The notes under the pieces are model-generated. The model worked only from the letters and a program-made list of their open reading frames with translations. It had not been told where the DNA came from and did no database searches. The translations under genes and the position numbers were made by a program. From positions 1 to 64,000 of the forward strand of contig JBFJCP010000022.1 in assembly GCA_041615815.1 (NCBI GenBank): a DNA stretch of 64,000 bases, given 5' to 3'. The DNA is from Gemmatimonadales bacterium (GTDB lineage: Bacteria > Gemmatimonadota > Gemmatimonadetes > Gemmatimonadales > GWC2-71-9). Within the stretch, counting starts at the first letter, position 1, and each line of letters begins with the position of its first letter. Below are positions 40,301-48,763 of this stretch, in pieces.

Positions 40301-40719
40301 AACTGCGCGAGGCACAGGTCCGGGAAGCGCGTCTGTTTGCTAGCTCCGTGGCTCTGAACAACGGAGACGGTTCCTTCGATCTCCAGCCGCTACCCATCGA
40401 GGCCCAGTACGCCCCGGTCTACGCCGTGCAACCGGAAGACTTCGATGGTGACGGGCACACCGATCTCGTTATCGCAGGCAATTTCTTCGAGGTTCCGCCC
40501 GTGCGCGGGCGATATGATGCCAGCTATGGCCTCATGCTTCGCGGTGACGGGGCGGGCAGGTTCGCAGCGGTGGACCTGGAGACGAGCAATCTCGTGATCG
40601 TTGGACAGGTGCGGGACCTGGAGCTGCTGCAATACGCGGACGGCAGCCGGCTAATTGTCGTGGCGCGGAACAATGAAACGGTCCAGATTTTCCGTCCGCT
40701 CGCGCTCAAACGGCCCTGA
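37330..40719 (+). CDS. FG-GAP/VCBS repeat lipoprotein with ASPIC/UnbV domain (paralog of 31365-34748)
   Basis: Lipobox FLTA-C; same architecture (GIGAKV..RGFQSSVD..HFGLG..IWPD). Start ATG 37330 overlaps the GH97 TAA; GTG 37411 is an alternative. Confidence 0.88.
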   Translation: MVRDSRPSVSKGYAAGRRGSHRGPTRTVPLIGTAVLFLTACDRTEHPPPLFELLPPERTGIAFVNEVVDTPELSILNYLNFYNGGGVAAGDIDGDGLADLYFTSNLGSNRLYRNLGDFRFEDITERAGAGAVEGWKTGVTFADVNGDGYLDIYVSTVTHLTVRGRNVLFVNDGDGTFTDRTAEYGLEHVGYSTQATFFDYDEDGDLDMYLLNHSTHEERGRTWNPQRETRHPKAGDRLFRNEGLRFLDVSEVSGIYGGVEGYGLGVVVSDLNVDGCPDIFVANDFHESDFLYRNNCDGTFTESIATSTGHTSFSSMGVDAADFTNDGRTDLVVLDMLPEREEILKRSANAEDLNIYQMKQQAGRHSQYGRNTLQVNRGRGRFSEIGYLAGVYATDWSWAALFSDLDNDGYKDLFVTNGIYRRPNDLDYISHVADRAVQAALEQGITTELLTTLLAKMPQVPIPNFAYRNNGNLTFTDMADPWGLAQPGFSTGAAYVDLDNDGALDLVVNDINGPAGIYRNRAREIDGHHYLTVHLKGTGANTSGIGAKVVIHHDGRMQLLEQMPTRGFQSSVDPRLHFGLGASQRIDSLIVIWPDRRYQVLGDVATDQTVTLSQQDASGRYAYRKDQGSQPLFENVTAQLTIDVNHLENRFFDYTRQPLIPHQLSTEGPALAVGDVNGDGLDDLYVGGAKWQPGRLLVQRRDGTFGRVNERVFRADSLHEDVDAVFFDANGDGFQDLYVVSGGNEFWGDHGALQDRLYVNDGQGRYHRDEVALPAFFENGSCVVPGDFDGDGNLDLFVGSRVISRRYGLIPRSYLLQNDGMGRFRDVTIEQAEALAEVGMVTSATWVDYDDDGRLDLIVVGEWMPIRVFQQQDGRFVDRTVEAGFAKTSGWWNRVVAADLRGTGRPDLILGNLGLNSYIRASSDEPARLYIHDFSQNGAVEQILTFPKHGVSYPMASRDDLIRAIPQLRSRYASYADFGASRIEDIFSASELREAQVREARLFASSVALNNGDGSFDLQPLPIEAQYAPVYAVQPEDFDGDGHTDLVIAGNFFEVPPVRGRYDASYGLMLRGDGAGRFAAVDLETSNLVIVGQVRDLELLQYADGSRLIVVARNNETVQIFRPLALKRP

Positions 40720-40766
40720 TCGGTTCTCTGCAGCGGTTGCGGAAAGCGTGGAGGTAGCGCGTGATA

Positions 40767-41597
40767 TCATCGGAGCGGCCATCGAAGGCCACGGTGCGCT
40801 GACGGAGCCGCCTGCGCGTCGGGCTGCGCCGCCTCAGCACGTGATTTCCACCACATCTCGACGAGCAGCGCGGCCGGCCCGACAATGAAAAGTGCGTAAA
40901 ATGGCGCATAGATGACCTCGGCGAGCCGGAGCAGCATCTCGACGAACGCGACGAGGAACACGACGACGATCGCGCCTCGCTTGGATGATACCGTGGTCTT
41001 TGGGTCCGTGATCATGAACAGCGCGAAGAGCTGGTACATGGGCCCCGTGATTGGGGCGATCTCCGCTGCGAACGAGCTGTCTGTGAATACAGTCCGCACG
41101 TAGGCGAAGACGAAAAAGGACGCTACGTACGCCAACGTGATGTGTGCGCGCTTGGCTAGCCAAATCGCATTCAGGCCCACCGTCCAAATGACGAGCATCG
41201 GCCACAGGTCGTTCCCCCACTGAACGCTCAACGGCGCTACGGCAAAGGGCGCCAGGAAGAGCAGGGCGCAGATGCCGAAGTTGGATGGATTCCAGAGGTG
41301 TCGCCCCTTCATTCGTAGGACGTACTTCGACATGATGGAGAGCACCCCACCCACCGCGTAGGGCCACAGCACGGGCGAACGCACGAGGATGGCAATGCTG
41401 ATGCCGGAGATGTAGGCACTGACGAGCTGCTGCGGCCGGCCCGTGAGAAGACGCCGTAGCGCGAATTCTGTCGCCATGGCCGAAAAGATCGCGAGGGCGA
41501 TCGCCTCGTAGCCGCGCAACACCCCGTAAGACCAGTGAGCGCCGATCAGGATGAGCGTAATGAGAAGTGGCGCCGTCAGGCGCCGGTCGTACTTCAT
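40767..41597 (-). CDS. RnfD/NqrB-like (UnbU-like) polytopic membrane protein
   Basis: Hydrophobic ~276 aa; SKYVLR..HLWNPSNFG and FMITDPKT resemble RnfD/NqrB motifs. ATGA overlap with the upstream gene. Confidence 0.75.
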   Translation of the reverse strand: MKYDRRLTAPLLITLILIGAHWSYGVLRGYEAIALAIFSAMATEFALRRLLTGRPQQLVSAYISGISIAILVRSPVLWPYAVGGVLSIMSKYVLRMKGRHLWNPSNFGICALLFLAPFAVAPLSVQWGNDLWPMLVIWTVGLNAIWLAKRAHITLAYVASFFVFAYVRTVFTDSSFAAEIAPITGPMYQLFALFMITDPKTTVSSKRGAIVVVFLVAFVEMLLRLAEVIYAPFYALFIVGPAALLVEMWWKSRAEAAQPDAQAAPSAHRGLRWPLR

Positions 41598-43432
41598 TGC
41601 GGCTCCGTGAGGGCGTGCAGAGTGTTGATGGCGGGCGATGGGATCGTCTGTACGGTACCGGAGGGCCAGCGGATCACGATACTGTCGACCTGCGACGCGG
41701 GGCCCAACCCGTAGTGTGCCCGACGCTGGTTCTGCGAGGCAAACCCGTTGCCGCCATCGATCTGCTGAATCTGCTCCGTGCCCGCCCAATAGAGGTGCAG
41801 CTCCGCACCGATGGCGCTCCGATTGCTACGGGTGCCCTCCAACGCGAACGCGATCCAGCCGTGCTCGGCCCTGACCGTGTTCTTGTAGACCAAGAGTGGC
41901 CCGCGCTGATACGCCACCACGACGTCAAGCACGCCGCGGTTCCAGAGATCGGCGACCGCTACGGCACGCCCATCGTATCGATTGACCACCCCAACGGCCG
42001 GGGTCACGTCTTGGAATCGGCCCGTTCCGTCGTTCAGCCACACGCGGTCCGCTTGGTAGCCTGAGAGGCTGCGCCCCCGCATGGCGGGCCAATTGCTCGC
42101 GTCGGCGATAATGTTGCGATGGCCACCGGCGACCATGGAGTAGTCGTACCAATAGCTGTCCCGCGTCTCGCCCGAGACGAAGCCGTTGGTCACGAAGAGA
42201 TCGAGCCAGCCGTCGTTGTTCAAGTCACCAAACTGCGCACCGAAGGCAAAACCAGCCAACTCCACCCCCATGGCGCCGGCTAGGTTCCGATAACGGGGTG
42301 CCCCGCCCGAGTCATGCGTGGGCACCCACAGGTCGTTGCCGTGGATGAGCACCCCGGGCTCCGAGATGTTGGTCACGTAGAGCGTCCACTCGCCACGGTT
42401 CAGGACATCTCCGAACGATGCGTTCATCCCGCTCTTCGGCGTGCGAGCGACGTTCGCCTCGCGGCCGACCTCGCGGAAGCGCCGGCCTCGATCGTTGATG
42501 TACAGCTCGTTGATCCCGAAATCATTCGCGACGAAGAGATCTGGATCGCCGTCGTGGTCCACATCCGCGGCCGCCGCGGCGAGCGTCCAGCGCTCGCTCG
42601 TCAGACCGGTGGCCTCAGCAACTTCTTCGAAGATGCCATCGCCCCGATTACGGAAGAGATAGTTGCGTCCACCATTCTGCGCATACTCGAAGCTCTCGGG
42701 CATCACGCGGGTGTTGGTGAGATTCCACAGATTCAGGTCCGCGGGATAGAACCCACCCACGAAGAGATCGATCCAGCCATCACGGTCGTAGTCGAACCAG
42801 ACAGCCGCGTTGGCGTTGATCCAATCGGGCAAGTTGGCGGACTCAGTGACGCGCGTGAAACCGCTCCCGCGGTCGTTGTGGAACAGCTCGGGGCGACCCC
42901 ACCGGTACAGGAACAGGTCCTCATAGCCGTCGTTATCGTAGTCCCCCCACACGGCTCCCATCGAGACACCGGTGGCCCGGTGATTCACCTCCGCCACGCC
43001 CAGTGGAGCGGCCACGTCTTCGAAGGTGCCGTCCTGCCGGTTGCGATAGAGCGCGTTCCGGCTACCCACTGCGCTGTTCGTCACGTACAGGTCCTGCCAG
43101 CCGTCGCGGTCGAAATCCGTGACCGAGACGGCGGCACCGTACGCCGCTACCGCCGGCATGATGGGCTCGAGTTTAGGGTCGAGCATTGGTGGCTGGTGGG
43201 TGAACCGGATGCCGGCAGCATCCGAAACCGCTTGGAGTGCGAAGCCGTAGCGCTCGAGAGCCGCCGGCACGCTCAGTCCGGCATCGTCCGCCCGGGAGCC
43301 CGACGAGAAGTACCGGACGGCAACCGGCGTGGCGAGGAGCCCAAGGAAGACGAACGCCGTGAGAGCCTTGAGAAAGCGACGCGGCCGTGGGGCCGCCGCT
43401 CCCTCAACGGTCGATTCTGGGCGCGAGTGCAC
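41594..43432 (-). CDS. CRTAC1/UnbV-like protein (FG-GAP repeats plus C-terminal ASPIC/UnbV)
   Basis: N-terminal TM; DFDRDGWQD, DYDNDGYED, DLNNDGWLD; SNRSAIGA..GGNGFASQ..HYGLG..IRWPSG. Confidence 0.88.
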   Translation of the reverse strand: MHSRPESTVEGAAAPRPRRFLKALTAFVFLGLLATPVAVRYFSSGSRADDAGLSVPAALERYGFALQAVSDAAGIRFTHQPPMLDPKLEPIMPAVAAYGAAVSVTDFDRDGWQDLYVTNSAVGSRNALYRNRQDGTFEDVAAPLGVAEVNHRATGVSMGAVWGDYDNDGYEDLFLYRWGRPELFHNDRGSGFTRVTESANLPDWINANAAVWFDYDRDGWIDLFVGGFYPADLNLWNLTNTRVMPESFEYAQNGGRNYLFRNRGDGIFEEVAEATGLTSERWTLAAAAADVDHDGDPDLFVANDFGINELYINDRGRRFREVGREANVARTPKSGMNASFGDVLNRGEWTLYVTNISEPGVLIHGNDLWVPTHDSGGAPRYRNLAGAMGVELAGFAFGAQFGDLNNDGWLDLFVTNGFVSGETRDSYWYDYSMVAGGHRNIIADASNWPAMRGRSLSGYQADRVWLNDGTGRFQDVTPAVGVVNRYDGRAVAVADLWNRGVLDVVVAYQRGPLLVYKNTVRAEHGWIAFALEGTRSNRSAIGAELHLYWAGTEQIQQIDGGNGFASQNQRRAHYGLGPASQVDSIVIRWPSGTVQTIPSPAINTLHALTEPQ

Positions 43433-46400
43433 GATGGAAGATCCGCGGCGTCACGTAGCGGGTGTGAAAAACCTTCCAGTCTTCCGGGTGGCGGCGGTAC
43501 GCCGGATCGTCCTCCAACCGGCCCGGTGGGCGGGCATAGTCGGACATCCCATGATAGGGCAGTGGGAGGACGGTCGTCGAGAAGCCCGTATTGTAGTCTC
43601 CGTCTTTCACCCAACCGTCGCCGATGAGCACGAAGTCGCGCGTCCAGCCTTCCGGTGGGGCAGACGGGGCCGGAAATCGGAGAACCAATTCGTCTCCTGC
43701 GTTCATTATAGTATATCGGTCGTCGATAGCCTCGTTCAAAGGGCGTACGTCGCCGAAGCGGGTATGGAAGCCTACGAGGTCCCGCCACTGTGGTACCGCG
43801 GTGACAATCTCGTTGTAGTCCGGAAGCTCGGGTGCGGTACGGCGAGCCTGCGTCACTTGCGAGAAGCCGCGGTACCGCAGCTCGGCCGTGGTGGGGAGGA
43901 GCCGGTGCACAGCGACCGGTGCGTCGGGCTGGCCTACCGTCCACGCGATCTGATCCCAATAGATCTCCATGTTGGTGCGCAGACGCACGTGGCGCGGCGT
44001 CGCAGGTCGGAAGGCGTGCTGCAGATCGATGAGTATCGTTTTCGTTTTTCCGGCCGGGAACCCGATATCGGAATCCACGATCGTCCAACCCCCGTTGCCG
44101 TCCGGCACCTCGAGCTGCAGCCCGCGCGGCCCAGGATGGTCGCCCTGGGTGACGGCGACATTGATGGAGGCATCGGTGGGATACACCCATCCGGATGCGA
44201 CCAGCCAGAGCGGTTCTTCGGTAGGGACATCGGTACCGAGTGCGATCTCGACATAGTGCTCGCGGGCGATACCCTGGTAGTCACCCAGTTCGAACGTGTC
44301 TACGAAACGCTCGTCACGCGTACGGATCAATCCGGTCACGTCGCGCCCCGCATCATCCCGAACCCAGGCCACGGCACGGAGCGGTTGCATGACGTGCACC
44401 GTACGTGCGGGTGGAGGGAGCGTGAAGCGTTCGTCGACGAACACCTCAGTACCCGTTGGATGGTCTACGACCATCAGCGAGACGTGATCGAAGAAGTGTG
44501 TTTCCCACAGCTCCGCCGTGATGCGCACGTCATAGAACCCGTTGCGCGGAGCCAACTGATCGCCCCGGATCTTGATCCAGTCCTCGCTGTGGATCACCGT
44601 CGCGTCTCCCTGCGCGTTGATCCGCAGACCGAGCGCCGAGCGCCAGATGAAATCCGTCACGAACTGCATCCCTTCGCCATCGAACGTGAACACCCAGGGA
44701 CACGAGCCCTTGAGCCGCTGTCGCGTCAGGATCGTCTCGTTGGTGGCCGAGAGGTTGAACTCGGCTTGGACGGTCCCATTGGGCCAGATGATGCGGGCGA
44801 CATCCACTTGCGGGTGCTCTCCCAGGCCGACGTGGATGGCAGGACCCTGGATCACCTGCTTCTGGTACAGCAGGCCCGCCCTGATCTCGATCTCCCCGCC
44901 TATTCCGAACGAATTGATGCGTCGATCCCCGGTAGTCTGTGCTGCCTGAGGGCGGATGTTGGTCGAGTAATAGTCCGTAGTGCCGCGGTTGACGAGCAAC
45001 CGTGTCGCACCGTCCGACGACACACCGATCAGGTCGAGCCGACCCTCACCGCTGACGTCGGCGATACTCGTGATCTGGATATCCACCGGTGAGAGGAGTC
45101 TCAACCCGAGCGCCGTGTTGAGCCACACCCGTGCGCTGGAGGCCGCGGATGCCACGAGATCGAGATCGCCATTGTTATCCAGATCGGTCACGAAGAGTCG
45201 TGTCGCTGAAGGACCGGTCGGTGAGAAGTCCGGCCACCGCGTGAGCGCTTCGGCTTCCCAGTCCCCCTCCTCGAGCGAGAGCCGGCTCAGTGTCCCGTCT
45301 GCCCGGAGGAGCACCAGGTCCAGGATCGCGTCCCGGTTCAGGTCCGAGGCGGCGATCGCGTGCACGGACCCGAGCGTATCCGGCACCGGGAGTGGCTCGA
45401 ACTGCGGAACGCGGAAGCGGCCGTTACGGAACACGCGTAGGCGGCCGTCCGCGTCGAGGAGCGCGGCATCCGGGTCACCATCGGCATCCAGATCGGCCCA
45501 CACGAAATCACGCACACCGGCCGTTCCCTGAAACTCGGGATAGAGCTCGAATCGCCCGTCGCCCCGATTGCGGAGCACCACGGGGGCGCCCTCCGTCGCT
45601 CCGAGCACGAGATCCAAGTCACCCTCCATGTCCAGGTCGGCGGCCCAAACGCCGGCGTACGACCCAACGGCCACACCCCGCGGGAAGGCCTCGCGCGTCA
45701 CATCCGTGAAGGAGCCGCTCCCGTCCTGACGGAGCAGGCGAAGTCCGCCCGGAGTTGCCAGTGCCAGGTCCATCCGGAAGTCGTCGTTGTAGTCCAGCGG
45801 TGCAATAACAGCCGGCGAAAACGGCGCAGTCGCTGGTCCAGCAGGGAACTCGAACGCCTCGACCCGGCCGGGCTCTGGTGAGATCCACACGGTCCCAGGC
45901 CTCGCAGCGACCAGCGCGAGCGGCACCTCGTCGCTGAGCCACAGCGCACGCACCCAGGCCATGGGTCCAGCCGGTGCCACCGAGAGCGTCTCCGGCAGGA
46001 ACTGGAGCCCCGTATCCGGCGGGGCCGACTGCGCGGAGGGGTTGGGCAGCCGCACGAAACGCGTCAGCAGGAGTTCCACTCGGCTCGGCGAGGCGAGCAC
46101 AGCGTCCTGGTCGTCGGCATAGGCGGGTAGGGGCTGCAACTCCGCCTGCAGAAACGCGATCTGGGTGGCGGCACGGGCAAATGCGCCTGCCTCACCGGCG
46201 CTCAGCACCACCCGAAGCTCGTCGGCGAGGGGGAACGACAGGCGATCGGCCCGAGCGCCAATGCGGTCGAGCGTCTGGCGGAGCGCCCCCAGGTCCTGCA
46301 GTTTGGCGGCGAGGCGCGCGCGTTCGAGCAGGGCCACCAGATTCTCGGGCTGCACGGCCAGAATCCGCTCGATCAGCTGCGCTGCGTCTACGTCGCTCTC

Positions 46401-46934
46401 GGGGCGATCCTCTTGTTCGACGACCTGGGCCAGGAGATAGAGGGCCCGGAGGCTTCCGGGGTCGAGTTCGACGGCGCGCCGAAGGTGTTCCGTGGCCGCG
46501 TCGGGGCGCCCTCGCTCGCGCGCGACGAGCGCGGAGATAAACAGGATGCGGCTGTCCTCGGGAGCAAGCCGGCGTGCTTCTTCGAGCCGGTCCGCCGCCT
46601 GGTCCAATTCGCGTCGTTGGAGCGCGATCATCCCGCGATTGGCCCAGCCGGCCGGCTCTCGGGGGATGAGTTCCGTGAAGCGCGCGAAGGCGGCTTGGGC
46701 GAGCCCGCTCTCCCCGGCCTGAGCGGCCGCCACACCGCGGTAGAAGGCCGTAACGGCATCCGCGTAGGTGGGGGACGAAGGGTCGGGGAGATCGCGCCCG
46801 CAGGCCGCTGCACCCAAGGCGAACACGAGCGCGGCGGAAGTGTGAAGAGCGACTCTCAACGGGCCTGACCGATGTTCCTGGGGAAGTTGCTCAAGGAGTT
46901 TTGGGAAGCTAGATCCGTGGGTGAGAGGGCGCAA
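43404..46934 (-). CDS. TPR + FG-GAP + ASPIC/UnbV lipoprotein with a long uncharacterised C-terminal domain
   Basis: Lipobox GAAA-C (true start probably ~25 codons downstream); TPR helices; DLDMEGDLD, DLDNNGDLD; GIGGEIE..HVGLG..IWPNG; then KGSCPW.. domain. Confidence 0.82.
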   Translation of the reverse strand: MRPLTHGSSFPKLLEQLPQEHRSGPLRVALHTSAALVFALGAAACGRDLPDPSSPTYADAVTAFYRGVAAAQAGESGLAQAAFARFTELIPREPAGWANRGMIALQRRELDQAADRLEEARRLAPEDSRILFISALVARERGRPDAATEHLRRAVELDPGSLRALYLLAQVVEQEDRPESDVDAAQLIERILAVQPENLVALLERARLAAKLQDLGALRQTLDRIGARADRLSFPLADELRVVLSAGEAGAFARAATQIAFLQAELQPLPAYADDQDAVLASPSRVELLLTRFVRLPNPSAQSAPPDTGLQFLPETLSVAPAGPMAWVRALWLSDEVPLALVAARPGTVWISPEPGRVEAFEFPAGPATAPFSPAVIAPLDYNDDFRMDLALATPGGLRLLRQDGSGSFTDVTREAFPRGVAVGSYAGVWAADLDMEGDLDLVLGATEGAPVVLRNRGDGRFELYPEFQGTAGVRDFVWADLDADGDPDAALLDADGRLRVFRNGRFRVPQFEPLPVPDTLGSVHAIAASDLNRDAILDLVLLRADGTLSRLSLEEGDWEAEALTRWPDFSPTGPSATRLFVTDLDNNGDLDLVASAASSARVWLNTALGLRLLSPVDIQITSIADVSGEGRLDLIGVSSDGATRLLVNRGTTDYYSTNIRPQAAQTTGDRRINSFGIGGEIEIRAGLLYQKQVIQGPAIHVGLGEHPQVDVARIIWPNGTVQAEFNLSATNETILTRQRLKGSCPWVFTFDGEGMQFVTDFIWRSALGLRINAQGDATVIHSEDWIKIRGDQLAPRNGFYDVRITAELWETHFFDHVSLMVVDHPTGTEVFVDERFTLPPPARTVHVMQPLRAVAWVRDDAGRDVTGLIRTRDERFVDTFELGDYQGIAREHYVEIALGTDVPTEEPLWLVASGWVYPTDASINVAVTQGDHPGPRGLQLEVPDGNGGWTIVDSDIGFPAGKTKTILIDLQHAFRPATPRHVRLRTNMEIYWDQIAWTVGQPDAPVAVHRLLPTTAELRYRGFSQVTQARRTAPELPDYNEIVTAVPQWRDLVGFHTRFGDVRPLNEAIDDRYTIMNAGDELVLRFPAPSAPPEGWTRDFVLIGDGWVKDGDYNTGFSTTVLPLPYHGMSDYARPPGRLEDDPAYRRHPEDWKVFHTRYVTPRIFHRALAPRIDR

Positions 46935-46995
46935 GGCGACGCACGGGCGCTCGGTGCACGGGCGCCACCGCCCGGTAGCGGGCAGGCGCTAAGCA

Positions 46996-47049
46996 TTACG
47001 GGCCGATGGAGATAGGCGTATACTAGCCGGTTCCAAGCTGGAAAACCGG
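46996..47049 (+). promoter_or_regulatory. Possible promoter with downstream inverted repeat
   Basis: TATACT at 47019-47024, TTACGG 17 nt upstream, then CCGGTTCCA-AGC-TGGAAAACCGG imperfect palindrome. Confidence 0.3.
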
Positions 47050-47083
47050 ATTCCACTCGTTCACCAAAGACCTTGAGGTCCCC

Positions 47084-48703
47084 GTGGGCTTACTAGCCAG
47101 TTTCGACTGGGTCGTGATCGGCCTGTATTTCGTGCTTGTCTTCGGCGTCGCCATCTGGGCAACCATGCGGGAGCGCGCGGACCGCGGGACATCCCAGGAC
47201 TACTTTCTCGCGGGCCGTCATGCGGGTTGGTTCATCGTCGGCGGCTCACTATTCGCCTCCAACATCGGATCCGAGCACCTCGTGGGCCTGGCGGGAACGG
47301 GGGCGGCAAGCGGCGTGGCCGTGGGACAGTTCGAGGTCCTCGCTTCGCTGATCCTGTTGATTCTCGGTTGGGTGTTCGTGCCGTTCTACCTGTCGAGTGG
47401 CGTCTTCACCATGCCCGAGTTCCTCGAACGACGTTACTCGGCGGGTGCCCGGTGGTACCTGGCGGTCATCTCCATCATCGGCTACGTGCTGACCAAGATC
47501 TCGGTCACGATCGCTGCCGGCGGCATCGTCTTCGAGGCGATCATGGGGATCGACTTTTGGACCGGTGCGCTCGTGGTCGTGGTGGTGACGGGAGTGTACA
47601 CCATCTTCGGCGGACTGCGCGCCGTGTTGTATACGGACTTGCTGCAAATGTTCGTGTTGATCGGTGGCGCGGTGGCGGTCACACTCCTGGGGCTCAGCGC
47701 CTTGGGTGGCTGGGGCGCCATGACGGACACCGTGGGTCCCGGATTCCTCACGCTGTGGAAGCCAATGTCGGACCCGGACTTTCCGTGGACCGGCATTCTC
47801 TTTGGAGCGCCGATCCTCGGCGTGTGGTACTGGTGCACGGACCAGTTCATCGTGCAACGCGTGCTGGCGGCCACCAACCCGGATCATGCTCGTCGCGGAA
47901 CAGTATTCGCCAGCTACCTGAAGCTGCTGCCGCTCTTCATTTTCGTGATCCCGGGCGTGATCGCCTTCGCACTCTCGCAGCAGGGTCGGCTACAGCTCGA
48001 CGCGCCAGACCAGGCGTTGCCCACGCTCATCGCCGTGCTGCTGCCGATCGGGTTGCGCGGCCTCGTGGTGGCCGGATTGCTGGCGGCGCTCATGAGCTCG
48101 CTGTCTTCCGTGTTCAATTCCACTTCCACGTTGGTCACCCTGGACGTCTACAAGAAGCTTCATCCCGAAGCACCGGAACGACGGCTGGTGCTGGTGGGCC
48201 AGGTCACCACCGCGGTGCTCGTGGTGTTCGGCCTACTGTGGATCCCATTCATGAAGCTGATCTCCGGGCAGCTCTACCAGTATCTGCAGAGCGTGCAGGC
48301 GTACATCTCGCCCCCGATCGCGGCAGTATTCTTGATTGGCGTCCTGTGGCAGCGCGTCAACGCAAACGGCGCCATCGCGGCCCTCATTACGGGATTCGTG
48401 CTGGGTATGGGGCGACTGGTGGTGGAAATCAGCCAACCACTCCAAAAAGGGTTCCTGGAGACCTACGCGGACATCAACTTCCTGCACTTCGCCGTGATCC
48501 TTTTCGTGATCTGCACGGCGGTCCTGGTGATCGTGAGTCTGCTGACGCCAACGCCGCCCGCACCGAAGGTGGCCGGCCTGACATTCGCCACGCAAGAACC
48601 GACAACCGCCGCAGAATCCGATCCTCGCTGGCGCCGAAGGGATCTCGTGCTGAGCGTACTAGTGGTGATGTGCGTGGGGTTGGTGTGGATCTACTTTTCG
48701 TGA
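47084..48703 (+). CDS. Sodium:solute symporter (SSS, sugar-type)
   Basis: DYFLAGR, SLFASNIGSEHLVGLAG, TMPEFLERRY, GGLRAVLYTD, YWCTDQFIVQRVL, AALMSSLSS. Confidence 0.93.
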   Translation: MGLLASFDWVVIGLYFVLVFGVAIWATMRERADRGTSQDYFLAGRHAGWFIVGGSLFASNIGSEHLVGLAGTGAASGVAVGQFEVLASLILLILGWVFVPFYLSSGVFTMPEFLERRYSAGARWYLAVISIIGYVLTKISVTIAAGGIVFEAIMGIDFWTGALVVVVVTGVYTIFGGLRAVLYTDLLQMFVLIGGAVAVTLLGLSALGGWGAMTDTVGPGFLTLWKPMSDPDFPWTGILFGAPILGVWYWCTDQFIVQRVLAATNPDHARRGTVFASYLKLLPLFIFVIPGVIAFALSQQGRLQLDAPDQALPTLIAVLLPIGLRGLVVAGLLAALMSSLSSVFNSTSTLVTLDVYKKLHPEAPERRLVLVGQVTTAVLVVFGLLWIPFMKLISGQLYQYLQSVQAYISPPIAAVFLIGVLWQRVNANGAIAALITGFVLGMGRLVVEISQPLQKGFLETYADINFLHFAVILFVICTAVLVIVSLLTPTPPAPKVAGLTFATQEPTTAAESDPRWRRRDLVLSVLVVMCVGLVWIYFS

Positions 48704-48763
48704 GGAACCGGTTCTGGGGCCAACCTGCGGAAGGAATCGCGGGATCAAGAGGAGGGAGCCACC

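Noticed and set aside
40767..46934. Enediyne biosynthetic cluster or Rnf/Nqr complex
   Set aside because: No PKS, thioesterase, E3-like gene or other rnf/nqr subunit is recognisable in the window.
31365..46934. Recurrent GACxxxGACGG motifs as a CRISPR or tandem repeat array
   Set aside because: They are coding FG-GAP Ca-binding repeats with variable sequence and spacing.
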